NCBI GenBank assembly: GCA_001786365.1
Contig: MFWK01000022.1
Coordinates: 15,087-79,086, forward strand
Direction: 5' to 3'
DNA: 64,000 nt
DNA from: Candidatus Nomurabacteria bacterium RIFOXYD2_FULL_35_12
GTDB taxonomy: Bacteria > Patescibacteriota > Minisyncoccia > Phycocordibacterales > UBA9973
Positions 1-10,269 of this stretch are shown piece after piece. The notes under the pieces are model-generated. The model saw only the letters and a list, made by a program, of their open reading frames with translations. It had not been told where the DNA came from and did no database searches. The translations under genes were made by a program, and so were the position numbers. Each line of letters begins with the position of its first letter. Position 1 is the stretch's first letter.

Positions 1-1320
1 GTTATCTTTCCATTTGAAACCTTGCGCCAATGCTTTTTCTTTTGAAAGTGGCATATATTCGTTTACTATTGATTCATTATATGCAAATGGGCTCATCCAA
101 ATTGGAAAGAAGTTGCCCCAATCTCCATTTTTCTTCATGTTTTTAATAATTTGTGGAGCAAGTTTTTCATATTCTTCTTTTGAATATTGTTTATTTAAAA
201 TACAATATGATTTTTTACGAAGTCCATAACAACCAAAAATATTATTGCAATTAAAACATGCCTCAGAATAAAAAACATCGTGAGAATCAACAATAGTTTG
301 TGAACTAATAACTTTATTACTTCCTAATATTGTTAAACATTGATAGCATTCTGATAAATTTCCCGTAAAAGATATATCATAAGAATCTATGGCTTCACGA
401 ACAGTAAAGCAAAATCTCGAATTTTCGCCACTTTTTATGTCAAAAGAATTATGAATATTGTGACCATTATATATATGATTTCCTGAAACATTGTTATTAT
501 GCGAACCAAAAAAAGAACGCTGGGGAAGCTTTTTACGTAAAGTATTTTGTTCCTCTAAAATATATTCTAAGGTTGATTTTTCATTAAGTGGATGTTTAAT
601 TAAGAATTCTTTATATTCTTCTTTTGTAACAGGCTTATTAAAAATATAATAAGATTTATTTACTTGACCTACACAACCAATACAATTTAAACAATTTCTA
701 CAATCAAAAAGACCTATTCCATCGACACAAGCTTCGCATTCTTGCGAGTAAAAAAGTTTTGTGCTTCCTAGACAATCGATACATTCATAGCATGATTCAC
801 TTTTGAATAAATATAAGTTATCTAACGAATCTCTAGAATTCCAAACAATGTGTCCATAATCACAATCTTCATCATTTAAACCGCCGAAAATAAGATAACA
901 ATTTCTACTATTATCAATTTGATTAGAATATTGGCAATTTTCTGACCGCACACTCCAAATAGCAAGATGTGGGACCTTATTAAAAAGTTCTGAAATTTGA
1001 GTAAAAAAAGATTTTTTTAGATCAAGATTTATCCCGTAAGAGATGGCATCCCAATTGTCACTCCACCATTCTGTAATATCATAAACAGGAAAAGGCGCAT
1101 TAGGATTATAAGCTGAAATAATCATTTTACCCGACATACTTGATGGTCTTTTATAAAGTGTCTTAAAATTTCTAAAAAGTGTACGAAGTTGTTGACGACA
1201 TTCAGGACATTTTCCCGGCATTGGCACTTGTATTTTTTCATAAAATCCAAAATCATCTTCTTCTATAATGAATTTTTCTTTACAATTTTTACAATTTTTT
1301 ATTTCAGCTTCAGTTTTCAT
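1..1320 (-). CDS. Cys-rich CPR-type hypothetical protein (paralog 1 of 3), runs off the left end of the window
   Basis: Manual translation from ATG at 1320: MKTEAEIKNCKNCKEKFIIEEDDFGFYEKIQVPMPGKCPECRQQLR...; homologous to 34418..36130 and 38054..39736; ATG overlaps the purL stop (TAATG). Confidence 0.85.
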   Translation of the reverse strand, partial: MKTEAEIKNCKNCKEKFIIEEDDFGFYEKIQVPMPGKCPECRQQLRTLFRNFKTLYKRPSSMSGKMIISAYNPNAPFPVYDITEWWSDNWDAISYGINLDLKKSFFTQISELFNKVPHLAIWSVRSENCQYSNQIDNSRNCYLIFGGLNDEDCDYGHIVWNSRDSLDNLYLFKSESCYECIDCLGSTKLFYSQECEACVDGIGLFDCRNCLNCIGCVGQVNKSYYIFNKPVTKEEYKEFLIKHPLNEKSTLEYILEEQNTLRKKLPQRSFFGSHNNNVSGNHIYNGHNIHNSFDIKSGENSRFCFTVREAIDSYDISFTGNLSECYQCLTILGSNKVISSQTIVDSHDVFYSEACFNCNNIFGCYGLRKKSYCILNKQYSKEEYEKLAPQIIKNMKKNGDWGNFFPIWMSPFAYNESIVNEYMPLSKEKALAQGFKWKDN

Positions 1321-4241
1321 TATTTTTGCGAATTAGAGAATTTGTGATAAATAGCAGTTAGTTTTTTTACAGTTGTTTCTACCACTTTTATAGTGGACAC
1401 TCGGTGTCCACTATTCTTAGTATCAGTAATAATAAACCTTCCCGCTGTTGTCACTTTCCCTAGTTTAACATAATAGATATCTTTCATTATTTTTTCAAAA
1501 ACTTTTACGTTTTTAGGAGCTACTGACACGAGTATCCTGCCTTGACTTTCGGAAAAAAGCTTGGCATCAGCTGTCAAACACCCGATGTTTGACACAGATA
1601 TATTGCATCCGATATTTCCTCCCACACAGGCTTTGGCTAAAGCAATTCCGAGTCCGCCAGAATTTACTGATATAGAAGAAGCTAAAAGTTCTTTCTGAAT
1701 AGCTTTTTCTGTAGCTAAATATGTTTTGATATTTTTTTCTAAATTAACTTTCGGTACACTATTACCAACTGCACCTAACATTTTAAAATATTCCCCTCCC
1801 CCGAGTTCGTCATTTGTTTCACCTAACAAATAAATTACATCTCCATTGTTTTTAAATTCAGGTGAAACGGTTTTGTATAAATCCGGCATTACACTTATTG
1901 CTGAAATTAAAAGTGTCGGTGGAATAGAAATAGCGACTTCATTGCCCTTTTCATCATAGCCTTTAAAATCATTAAACATGCTGTCTTTTCCTGATATAAA
2001 TGGTGTTCCATAGCCTATAGAGTAGTCATAACAGGCTTTTACGGCGTCTACGAGTTGTCCTAGGCGTTTTGGGTCATTTGATGAGCACCAACAGAAATTG
2101 TCCAAAATAGCGAGTTCTTTGAGGGTTCCACCACAAGCAATAGAATTTCTAATAGCAGTATCTAATGCGCAGGATGCCATGTGGTAGGTGCTGATGTCTC
2201 CATATGATGGATAAACTCCTGTTGATAAAACGACTCCTTTGTTTGAATTTAAAACTGGACGAAAGACTTGGGCGTCGGTATTTATTAGTCCAGCACCAGT
2301 GGTGGGTTTTAATACGGATGATGATTGCACTTCGTGGTCATATTGCTGTGAGATAAAATTAAATCCACTGATATTATTTTGGGCGAGCAGATTTTCAAGA
2401 GTTTTTGTAGAATTTTTATTCCCATCCTTATGGAGGAGGGGTGCAGGGGTGGTGATTTTATATGGCTCAGTAATTAAATGATGTTTTGGTAGGCCATTGT
2501 GCAGGAATTCCATATCTAAATTCATTATTTTTTTTCCTTGATAACTTATTACAACTTTTCCGGAATTAGTAAATTCACCTATTACTGTGGCTTCTACTCC
2601 ACGACTTTTCATTAAATTATAAAATATTTTCCATTTATTTTTTGGAACAGAGAGAGTCATACGTTCTTGTGATTCGGAAATCCAGATTTCCCAAGGACTT
2701 AAGCCAGGATATTTTAGTGGTACCTTATCTAAATATATTTTCACTCCTCCGCATTCCCTTGCCATTTCTGCCACAGATGAAGAGAGTCCACCTGCTCCAT
2801 CGTCGGTAATGCTGTTATATAAATTCATGTTGCGAGCCTCTTTGATTATCGCGTCGCTTAATTTCTTTTGAGTTATTGGATCACCGATTTGGACAGCGGT
2901 GGCAGGCGAAGTGGAGTCTATTCTTACCGAAGAAAACGTCGCCCCATGAATACCGTCGAGCCCAACTCTTCCACCAACCATGACTACATAATCTCCTGCT
3001 TGAGCTTTTTTCTCGTGAGAAGGTCGCTTTTTACCTCCATCTGCAGGTAAATTTCTGGGAATTAACCCTATTGTGCCAGCAAATACTAAAGGTTTACCCC
3101 TATATCTGTCATCATATTTTACAAATCCAGACAAAGTGGGTATTCCGGAGCAATTTCCACCAACATTTATTCCTTTTATTACGCCATCCATAATCCTTTT
3201 TGGAGAAAGCATTTTTTGTGTTTTTCCCTTATCTCGGAAAAGAGGCCTTTTATCATTTGGCTCACCAAAACAAAAACCATATGCATTTACCACTGGTTTA
3301 GACCCTAGTCCAAATCCTATTATGTCGCGATTTACTCCACCTATCCCTGTGACTGCCCCACCAAATGGGTCAAGAGCCGAAGGACTGTTGTGTGTTTCCA
3401 CTTTATGGGTGATTAAATAATTTTTATCAAAAATTATTCCGCCGGCGTTGTCAGAAAATACTGAAACACAGAAATCATCCTTGCCTTTTTGTTTTCGAAT
3501 CAAGTTTGTTGCACCTTTTATGTAAGTTTTATACAAGCCGTCCTTGATATCATCAATAGGATTAGCAAAAATCGTGTGTTTGCAGTGTTCGGACCATGTC
3601 TGTGCCAAAGACTCTAGCTCTATATCTGTGGGATTTCTTTTTAATTTAGAAAAATACTCTTTGATAACCTTCATTGAAGACAAATCTAGTGCTAGTGGCC
3701 CTCTGCGTGATCCATCTTCATTTTTTATCCCTTTTTCCCCTATTTCAATAAGTTCAGCATCTTCCACATCTAAAGATACACTTATAACTGGCTTTTTCTT
3801 TTTGAGAATAACTTTAGGAATTTCATTCGGTAAGTTTATTTTATTTGATTTTATAGGCACAATGTTAGCCCTTTCAATGAGCGGGTTATAAAGGGTTAAT
3901 GAATATTCTCGTACTTTTTCAATTTCTTTCTCTTTTATAAAGAAAATTTTTGAGGTGTATACATTAAAGTTAAAATCTTTTTTTAGATGAAGTAAATCAG
4001 TGGCAATTTCTTTGACTGTATGGCCGACATTGTCTGTAACACCCGGTAAAAAACCTATCTCAATAGCACATTGATAATTGTTTATTTTTGGAGATTCATT
4101 AATAAAGTAATCTTCTAATGTTGGATTAGTGAGCATTTCTGCGAGCTTTATGAGTTCTTTTTTAGATAATTTTGAGTCAATTAGATATGAATCTGCCTTG
4201 GTTGATACTTTTTTAGGCGCAATATATATCCGAGAAATCAT
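1320..4241 (-). CDS. purL: Phosphoribosylformylglycinamidine synthase subunit PurL with a PurS-like N-terminal region
   Basis: Motifs WSEHCKH, KVETHNSPS, GGVNRDI, DDGAGGL, SESQERM, ISGKDS, LFSESQGR. Confidence 0.93.
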   Translation of the reverse strand: MISRIYIAPKKVSTKADSYLIDSKLSKKELIKLAEMLTNPTLEDYFINESPKINNYQCAIEIGFLPGVTDNVGHTVKEIATDLLHLKKDFNFNVYTSKIFFIKEKEIEKVREYSLTLYNPLIERANIVPIKSNKINLPNEIPKVILKKKKPVISVSLDVEDAELIEIGEKGIKNEDGSRRGPLALDLSSMKVIKEYFSKLKRNPTDIELESLAQTWSEHCKHTIFANPIDDIKDGLYKTYIKGATNLIRKQKGKDDFCVSVFSDNAGGIIFDKNYLITHKVETHNSPSALDPFGGAVTGIGGVNRDIIGFGLGSKPVVNAYGFCFGEPNDKRPLFRDKGKTQKMLSPKRIMDGVIKGINVGGNCSGIPTLSGFVKYDDRYRGKPLVFAGTIGLIPRNLPADGGKKRPSHEKKAQAGDYVVMVGGRVGLDGIHGATFSSVRIDSTSPATAVQIGDPITQKKLSDAIIKEARNMNLYNSITDDGAGGLSSSVAEMARECGGVKIYLDKVPLKYPGLSPWEIWISESQERMTLSVPKNKWKIFYNLMKSRGVEATVIGEFTNSGKVVISYQGKKIMNLDMEFLHNGLPKHHLITEPYKITTPAPLLHKDGNKNSTKTLENLLAQNNISGFNFISQQYDHEVQSSSVLKPTTGAGLINTDAQVFRPVLNSNKGVVLSTGVYPSYGDISTYHMASCALDTAIRNSIACGGTLKELAILDNFCWCSSNDPKRLGQLVDAVKACYDYSIGYGTPFISGKDSMFNDFKGYDEKGNEVAISIPPTLLISAISVMPDLYKTVSPEFKNNGDVIYLLGETNDELGGGEYFKMLGAVGNSVPKVNLEKNIKTYLATEKAIQKELLASSISVNSGGLGIALAKACVGGNIGCNISVSNIGCLTADAKLFSESQGRILVSVAPKNVKVFEKIMKDIYYVKLGKVTTAGRFIITDTKNSGHRVSTIKVVETTVKKLTAIYHKFSNSQK
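1390..1414. repeat. Perfect hairpin, in frame in purL (NSGHRVSTI)
   Basis: atagtggacac-tcg-gtgtccactat, 11-bp stem. Confidence 0.7.
1572..1594. repeat. TGTCAA...TTGACA hairpin, in frame in purL (VSNIGCLT)
   Basis: tgtcaaaca-cccga-tgtttgaca; same termini as 39862..39882. Confidence 0.6.
2419..2453. repeat. REP-like GC-rich element, in frame in purL (TTPAPLLHKDGN)
   Basis: Minus strand accacccctgcacccctcctccataaggatgggaa; resembles the CCCCTC...GAGGGG repeat at 50816. Confidence 0.5.
3031..3050. repeat. Small hairpin, in frame in purL (LPADGG)
   Basis: ttacct-ccatctgc-aggtaa; similar to LPGKAG in dnaX at 13290. Confidence 0.45.
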
Positions 4242-4281
4242 ATAGACATATTAATATATCTATAGGCTAAAGACAAATAAA

Positions 4282-5118
4282 TTATTTTTTATTATCGTGT
4301 AAGAAACGAACCCAGTTATTATAGAAAACTTGGCCGTTGGCGCCCCATGTTTTTGCTGGAAACTTCTTGTCATCATTATTTGGGAAATAGTGCAATGGAA
4401 CATTTATCTTGATTCCTTTATTTTTATCTCGAAAATATTCTCCACCAATATCATCGCGATCATATTCTGGATGACCTTGGATATATATCTCTCGGCCTTT
4501 TCTGCCGACAATAATGTGTGGTCCTACTTCAGGGCTTTCAACGAGAATTTCTAAATCTTTACATTTTTCAATAAGTTTTTTATTTTCTCCACGCCAACGT
4601 GAATGTGGAGCAAAGATTTGTTCATCCATGCCTTTAATAAATGGCGAATTTGATGCAATATCTACCTTGTGGTCAAAGATTCCAAACTGCTTGCAAGTAT
4701 TCATTACAGGCTCAATATTATAGAAATATTTAAGCGCAGCATGTGTAGCCCAACAGCTGTAAATAGTAGAAGAAACATTTTTTCTAACCCAATCAAGGAA
4801 TGAAGTGAACTCTTTCCAATATTTTACTTCTTCAAAAGAAACTTGTTCGAGGTTGGCCCCAGTAATTATCAGCCCATCGAGCCCATGTTTTTCAATGTCT
4901 GCAATTTTCTCGTAGTTTTTGTCAAAATATTCTTGATTGGAGTTTGATTTATGTTTATCAAAATAAAAGAAAATAGGTTTTACTGGAAATGGAGCGTTCT
5001 CAAGAAAATATTTGAACTGCTTTTCGGTACGTTCTACGACAGCGCTCGGCATAAGCATAAGAATACCCACTTGGAGCGGTGTTATACTCTTTTCTTTCGT
5101 TGTTTTTTTATCAGTCAT
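4282..5118 (-). CDS. metA: MetA-family homoserine O-acyltransferase, probably acetyl-specific
   Basis: DGLIITGA, SCWA (catalytic Cys), PHSR, QGHPEY; Glu at the specificity position (TGANLE). Confidence 0.85.
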   Translation of the reverse strand: MTDKKTTKEKSITPLQVGILMLMPSAVVERTEKQFKYFLENAPFPVKPIFFYFDKHKSNSNQEYFDKNYEKIADIEKHGLDGLIITGANLEQVSFEEVKYWKEFTSFLDWVRKNVSSTIYSCWATHAALKYFYNIEPVMNTCKQFGIFDHKVDIASNSPFIKGMDEQIFAPHSRWRGENKKLIEKCKDLEILVESPEVGPHIIVGRKGREIYIQGHPEYDRDDIGGEYFRDKNKGIKINVPLHYFPNNDDKKFPAKTWGANGQVFYNNWVRFLHDNKK

Positions 5119-5123
5119 GTTTG

Positions 5124-5690
5124 CTATCTTATCATAATTACAGAACCATCAGGTAAAGTTTTTTGTGCATCATTAAAACCTATTGCTTGTGCAAATCCTA
5201 TACTTCCGGCGTTTTCTTTTTTAATTACTGCTGAAAATTTAACATTAGGTATCTTGGAAGCATAAATATTCATTGCAAACTTTCCAAATTCTTTCATTAA
5301 TCCTTTACCTCGAAATTCTGGATAAGCGCGCCATGCGGATGCATGAAAATCCTCTTTTATTTCGTCTAATGATTTAGGTCCGAACCAAATTATGGCCGCT
5401 AATTTATTTGTATTTTTTTGCACAAGTACAAAAGGAGTTCTATTTTTCTTATACCAATCTTCATATTTTCCAAGCCCGAAACGTTTTCTATCGGAAGTAT
5501 TCTTTTGGATTTCTATGTCACTCTCATCTAATGACAATGCTTTTAATTGAATGACTTTTTCTTTATCCAAGCCCACAAAAACAGAAAAATTATCTCCTTC
5601 TTTACTTGTCGCATCTGCGATATTTATATTCGTATACATAAGCAAAGGCAAACTCGGCAATACTATATTTTCTTTTTGATTTATTATCAT
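5124..5690 (-). CDS. GNAT-family acetyltransferase
   Basis: Motif A YPEFRGKGL and motif B N.GS...A..IGF. Confidence 0.7.
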   Translation of the reverse strand: MIINQKENIVLPSLPLLMYTNINIADATSKEGDNFSVFVGLDKEKVIQLKALSLDESDIEIQKNTSDRKRFGLGKYEDWYKKNRTPFVLVQKNTNKLAAIIWFGPKSLDEIKEDFHASAWRAYPEFRGKGLMKEFGKFAMNIYASKIPNVKFSAVIKKENAGSIGFAQAIGFNDAQKTLPDGSVIMIR

Positions 5691-5716
5691 AGTTATAAGA
5701 TTATATCATAATTTTT

Positions 5717-7591
5717 TTACTCCACAGTCACGCTTTTGGCCAGATTGCGGGGTTTGTCGACATCGTTACCTCTTTCTACTGATATATAGTATGCCAAAAG
5801 TTGCATTGGAACAAAAGCCAAGATTGGAGTCAGGATTTCAAGAGTCTTTGGAATATATATCACGTCATCAGCTATATTATTTAATTCTTTATTGCCTTCA
5901 GTTGTGAGTGCGATGACTATACCTCCACGAGCTTTTATTTCTTGGATATGAGATTTATTTTTTTCATACATACTATCTATTGGCGCGATAACGAGCGAAG
6001 GAAAATCCTTATCAATTAAAGAAATCGGTCCATGCTTTAGTTCTGCAGAATTGCATCCTTCGGCATGAATATATGAACATTCTTTTAATTTTAATGCTCC
6101 TTCCATCGCTGCACCAGTATTATATTTACGTCCTAGAAAGAAAAAGTTTTCACTCTTTTTATATTTTTTTGCAAGCTGTTTTATGTGTTTAGAATTTTTT
6201 AAAATAATTTCTACTAGAGCTGGAAGTTTCTCTATTTCTTTCAAGATTTCCTGACTTTTATTTTTTGAAAGATTGCCGCGCATTCTTCCTAAATAAATTG
6301 CGAGCATAATTAAAAGGAGAACTTGCGAGGTGGATGCTTTTGTTGAGGCTACAGCAGTTTCTGGTCCAATATGATTGTAAATACCGGCATCGACTTCCCT
6401 TGCTATGGTTGACCCTATAACATTCACGACGCCGAGCGTTAGCATCTTATCTCTTTTTGCTTTTTTGATGGCATTTAATGTGTCGGCGGTTTCGCCAGAT
6501 TGCGAAATTGCGATTAATCCAGCCCTATAAGGTGTCGCAACATCACGATAAGTGAATTCTGAACCATATTCTACTTTTGTTCTTATTCCAGACAACTCTT
6601 CGATGGCATATTCACCTATTAAACCAGCAAAACGAGCTGTTCCCATTCCCACTATTGTGAGATGATTTAAATTTTCTAATTCTTTTTTAAATTTTTCCAA
6701 GCCCCCAAATTTAACATTCCCTTTTTCCAACACAATTCTTCCACGCATAGTGTTTCTTAGAGATTCTGGCTGTTCAAATATTTCTTTCAACATAAAATGT
6801 GGAAAACCACCTTTTTCTAGTTCTTCTATTTTTATTTTTAATTGATGAATGTAAGGAATCTTTACGGTTTTATCTGTTATTGTTTTTATTTTTAAATTAA
6901 ATTTTTTGTTTTTATTATTTATTACAGCCATTTCTCCGTCTTCTAAATAAATAACTTTTTTTGTGTGCTCAATGATGGGTGTAGCGTCAGAAGCAATAAA
7001 AAACTCATTTTTTCCTACTCCAATAACGACAGGACTGCCGAGCTTGGCTATTACCATAGTGTCCGGTTCTTCTTTTGAGATAACTAATATGGCATAAGCT
7101 CCATTTACTTCATTTAATGCCAACCGTACAGCCTCATCAATGGATACTTTTGCATGTTTTTTTACATCTTCAATTAAATTTGCCAAAACTTCGGTATCGG
7201 TATCGCTTTTAAACTTATATCCTTTATTAATTAATATCTTTTTTATAGAAAGATAATTTTCAATAATGCCATTGTGCACTATCGCAATCGTCCCATCATT
7301 TGATAAATGCGGATGAGCATTTGAATCTGAAGGTATACCATGTGTGGCCCAACGTGTGTGTGCTATGCCTATTTTTCCAGAAAGATTTTTTTTAATTTCT
7401 TCTTTATTTAAATTTTTTATAAATTTAGACAACTCTACTACTTTGCCTTTCTTTTTACAGACAAAAAAAGCTCTGTCATTCATTAAAGCAATTCCCGCAG
7501 AATCATATCCGCGATATTCGAGGCGTTCTAATCCCTTGATTAAAATAGGCCAAGCTTCCTTTTTCCCAATGTATCCGACAATGCCACACAT
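5717..7591 (-). CDS. glmS: Glutamine-fructose-6-phosphate aminotransferase
   Basis: MCGIVG, HTRWATHG, SQSGETAD, PRNLAKSVTVE. Confidence 0.98.
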   Translation of the reverse strand: MCGIVGYIGKKEAWPILIKGLERLEYRGYDSAGIALMNDRAFFVCKKKGKVVELSKFIKNLNKEEIKKNLSGKIGIAHTRWATHGIPSDSNAHPHLSNDGTIAIVHNGIIENYLSIKKILINKGYKFKSDTDTEVLANLIEDVKKHAKVSIDEAVRLALNEVNGAYAILVISKEEPDTMVIAKLGSPVVIGVGKNEFFIASDATPIIEHTKKVIYLEDGEMAVINNKNKKFNLKIKTITDKTVKIPYIHQLKIKIEELEKGGFPHFMLKEIFEQPESLRNTMRGRIVLEKGNVKFGGLEKFKKELENLNHLTIVGMGTARFAGLIGEYAIEELSGIRTKVEYGSEFTYRDVATPYRAGLIAISQSGETADTLNAIKKAKRDKMLTLGVVNVIGSTIAREVDAGIYNHIGPETAVASTKASTSQVLLLIMLAIYLGRMRGNLSKNKSQEILKEIEKLPALVEIILKNSKHIKQLAKKYKKSENFFFLGRKYNTGAAMEGALKLKECSYIHAEGCNSAELKHGPISLIDKDFPSLVIAPIDSMYEKNKSHIQEIKARGGIVIALTTEGNKELNNIADDVIYIPKTLEILTPILAFVPMQLLAYYISVERGNDVDKPRNLAKSVTVE

Positions 7592-7636
7592 GACAAAATG
7601 ATAGCAAAATTCATTGATTTAGGCTATTATTTAATG

Positions 7637-8611
7637 ATGAAAAATATTGTTAATATCGGCGGTGGAACTGGAAGATATACTGTTTTATCTGGCCTTAAGA
7701 ATATTCCAAACATTTCCCTTACAGCCCTTGTCACTATGGCTGATGATGGCGGATCTACTGGCGTACTTATGGATGAACTAGGTGTCTTGCCTCCTGGAGA
7801 TGTAAGGCAATGCCTTGTAGCTCTTTCCGAGCACAGTGATGTGGTGCGTAAATTAATGAATTATAGATTTGAAAATGGAGGACTTGGTGGGCATAATTTC
7901 GGCAATATTTTCCTAGCAGCGCTGGAAAAAGTTACTGGGGATTTTGCTAAGGGTGTAGAAATTGCCTCAGAAATTCTAAAAGTAAAAGGTAAAGTGATAC
8001 CGATAACAAAAGACAGGGCAAAATTATCTGTTTCATTTTTAAATGGAAAATCTGCCGAGGGTGAAAATAGAATTGACCACATGAATCTACAGAAGTCTGG
8101 GGTTGATAATATTTTTTATAAAGACAAAGTAAAACTAAATGAAAATGCTAAACGCGCAATCCTAAAAGCAGATTATATAATCCTTGGCCCTGGTGATTAT
8201 TTTACTTCCATAATTCCGAATTTAATTGTGAATGGTTTTAAAGAAGCATTTAAAAAAAGTAAAGCGAAGATAATTCTACCGATAAATCTCACAAATAAAA
8301 AAGGCCATACGACGCACTGGAAAGTGAGCGACTATGTAAAATTTATGGAAAAATATCTTGAAAAGCCTGTTGATTTTATTCTCGTTAATACCGAGATGCC
8401 TTCCAAAGAGCAGATAAAAAAATACAAGATAAAAGAAGGAGACGATGTGCTCGTAGAGGATGATTTTAAAGATTCGAGAGTAATTAGAGGATCTCTTTTA
8501 TCACATGCATCTATTGTAAGCAACAAAGCCGATAAATTAGCTGATACACGAAGTTTTATTCGTCACGATTCAGAAAAATTAGCAGAGTGTATTAATAAAA
8601 TAATTTCTTAA
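7637..8611 (+). CDS. yvcK: YvcK/GlmR-family UDP-GlcNAc-binding protein
   Basis: IGGGTG, ADDGGSTG, PPGDVR, GHNFGN, RHDSEKLA; start placed 6 nt after a TATTAT -10 box. Confidence 0.9.
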   Translation: MKNIVNIGGGTGRYTVLSGLKNIPNISLTALVTMADDGGSTGVLMDELGVLPPGDVRQCLVALSEHSDVVRKLMNYRFENGGLGGHNFGNIFLAALEKVTGDFAKGVEIASEILKVKGKVIPITKDRAKLSVSFLNGKSAEGENRIDHMNLQKSGVDNIFYKDKVKLNENAKRAILKADYIILGPGDYFTSIIPNLIVNGFKEAFKKSKAKIILPINLTNKKGHTTHWKVSDYVKFMEKYLEKPVDFILVNTEMPSKEQIKKYKIKEGDDVLVEDDFKDSRVIRGSLLSHASIVSNKADKLADTRSFIRHDSEKLAECINKIIS

Positions 8612-8612
8612 T

Positions 8613-9170
8613 ATGAAATTTATTTTTGATTTTGATGATGTGTTGTTTAATAATACGAGACTATTCAAAGAACATATGTATTTGTGTTTAGAAAAAGCTG
8701 GTGTATCACGTAGTAAAGCAGAAGAATATTATAAAACTGTAAGAGAAAATCAATTAAATGGTATTTGGTTGAAAAAATTACTCGCTCATTTCTCTCTAAA
8801 AGATGATTTATATGAAAAAATTTTAGGTAAAAGTAAAGATTTTATAAATAAAGAATTATTATTATTAATAAAAAAGATAGGGAAAGAGAATTGTTATATT
8901 GTGACTCATGGATACGAAGAATGGCAAAGAGATAAAATTAAAAGAGTTTGTATTGAACCGTTTTTCTCTGAAATTGTTGTAGTTCAAGGAACTAAGAATG
9001 AAGCTGTAGAGAAAATATGTGCTAAGCATAAAGATGAGGAAGTAGTATTTATAGATGATAAAGCTAAACATTTTGAAAATTTGGATTTCAAAAAATGTTC
9101 CAACCTAAAAACTATTCTTTTTGATGATGAAGGTTTAGGGAAATTAAAAGCTATTTTATCATCCGAGTAA
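8613..9170 (+). CDS. HAD-superfamily hydrolase
   Basis: FIFDFDDVL motif I, VT motif II, K motif III, FIDD motif IV. Confidence 0.8.
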   Translation: MKFIFDFDDVLFNNTRLFKEHMYLCLEKAGVSRSKAEEYYKTVRENQLNGIWLKKLLAHFSLKDDLYEKILGKSKDFINKELLLLIKKIGKENCYIVTHGYEEWQRDKIKRVCIEPFFSEIVVVQGTKNEAVEKICAKHKDEEVVFIDDKAKHFENLDFKKCSNLKTILFDDEGLGKLKAILSSE

Positions 9171-10239
9171 GCACTAGATCTGTATCAGTCAATATCACAT
9201 TGAATCGTAAAATACCAATGGTTTGATTTTGTTCTGTTTTTATGTTTACTCTCCATTTTCCAGTCGTTAAATTTGTGCGCATTGAATATGTTCGGAAACC
9301 GCCACCACGTCCACCATTTACAGAAAGATTTATAAGACTTTCAGTTGTCCATTTCCTTGATGCTTCATTATAGTGTTGCCACTCATGTACTATGTTTAGA
9401 TTTATGTCTTTTGGAGAAAAAATAGCGCTAAAAGCATATATGGGCTTTCCTAGAGTCTCTTTAAAGTCCGGATATAGCTTGAAATACCCTCTCCAACCTT
9501 GATTTTCATAAGTAACATCATAATTTCCTTCTGCATTTTTTTGAATTGAATGATATGCGCCGGCATCTTTTAAAGAAAGAGGAATGGGTGGAATTAAATT
9601 AGTAAAATATAAAGCATTAATTAGTGTAAAAATACCTGAAATTAATAAAATTATTAATCTTCTACTCTGAAAGTATTTATCTTTTATTAAATAAATTAAA
9701 ATTTTAATAAAAACAAAAATAAAGATTAAACTAAAAAGTCCAGCAAGTAAAAACATCCATACGCTTATTTGGCGGAAAATAATCGGCACTAAAAAAATCA
9801 TAAATGAATAAATAGAAAGGAAGAATAAACTTATTTGAAAACTAAGCCTAATATAATGTCTTTTCAAAGATTCATTTGCAATAAAAGCAATAACAAGCAA
9901 GGCAATAAACGGCCAAGTGGTAAAAATATCAGAACTTCTAAAATAAAATACTAGATAAGCTGAAAGAGTTCCTCCAAAGAAAAATTGTAATATATTTACA
10001 TACCAAAAATGAGCTTTTTTTGGATTCCCTTCACTTCCTGCCTCATTCTCTTTGATATGAATTAGTATTATAAAAATCCCAAGTATAATTAAATGCCCTA
10101 AAATCCAGACATTTTCAAATAGAGTGTCTACGCGCCGAAGCGTAAAAGCATCAAAAACGAATCCTAAAATAAGTGACAAAGATGAAATAGGACGTTCAAA
10201 TCGTCCATAAAAATTACGAATAGGTTCTATAAAAAACAT
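9151..10239 (-). CDS. DUF2914-like polytopic membrane protein
   Basis: About 7 TM segments; C-terminal HEW...GGRGGGFRTYS...GKWRV. Confidence 0.7.
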   Translation of the reverse strand: MFFIEPIRNFYGRFERPISSLSLILGFVFDAFTLRRVDTLFENVWILGHLIILGIFIILIHIKENEAGSEGNPKKAHFWYVNILQFFFGGTLSAYLVFYFRSSDIFTTWPFIALLVIAFIANESLKRHYIRLSFQISLFFLSIYSFMIFLVPIIFRQISVWMFLLAGLFSLIFIFVFIKILIYLIKDKYFQSRRLIILLISGIFTLINALYFTNLIPPIPLSLKDAGAYHSIQKNAEGNYDVTYENQGWRGYFKLYPDFKETLGKPIYAFSAIFSPKDINLNIVHEWQHYNEASRKWTTESLINLSVNGGRGGGFRTYSMRTNLTTGKWRVNIKTEQNQTIGILRFNVILTDTDLVLTRMIK

Positions 10240-10269
10240 GTTTTTAGTATAACATCAATAAAGATATTT

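Noticed and set aside
6519-6549. Odd peptide DVATPYRAG in GlmS as another insertion
   Set aside because: No hairpin and no apparent length difference from typical GlmS
7592-7636. glmS ribozyme
   Set aside because: The spacer is 45 bp and the gene appears leaderless
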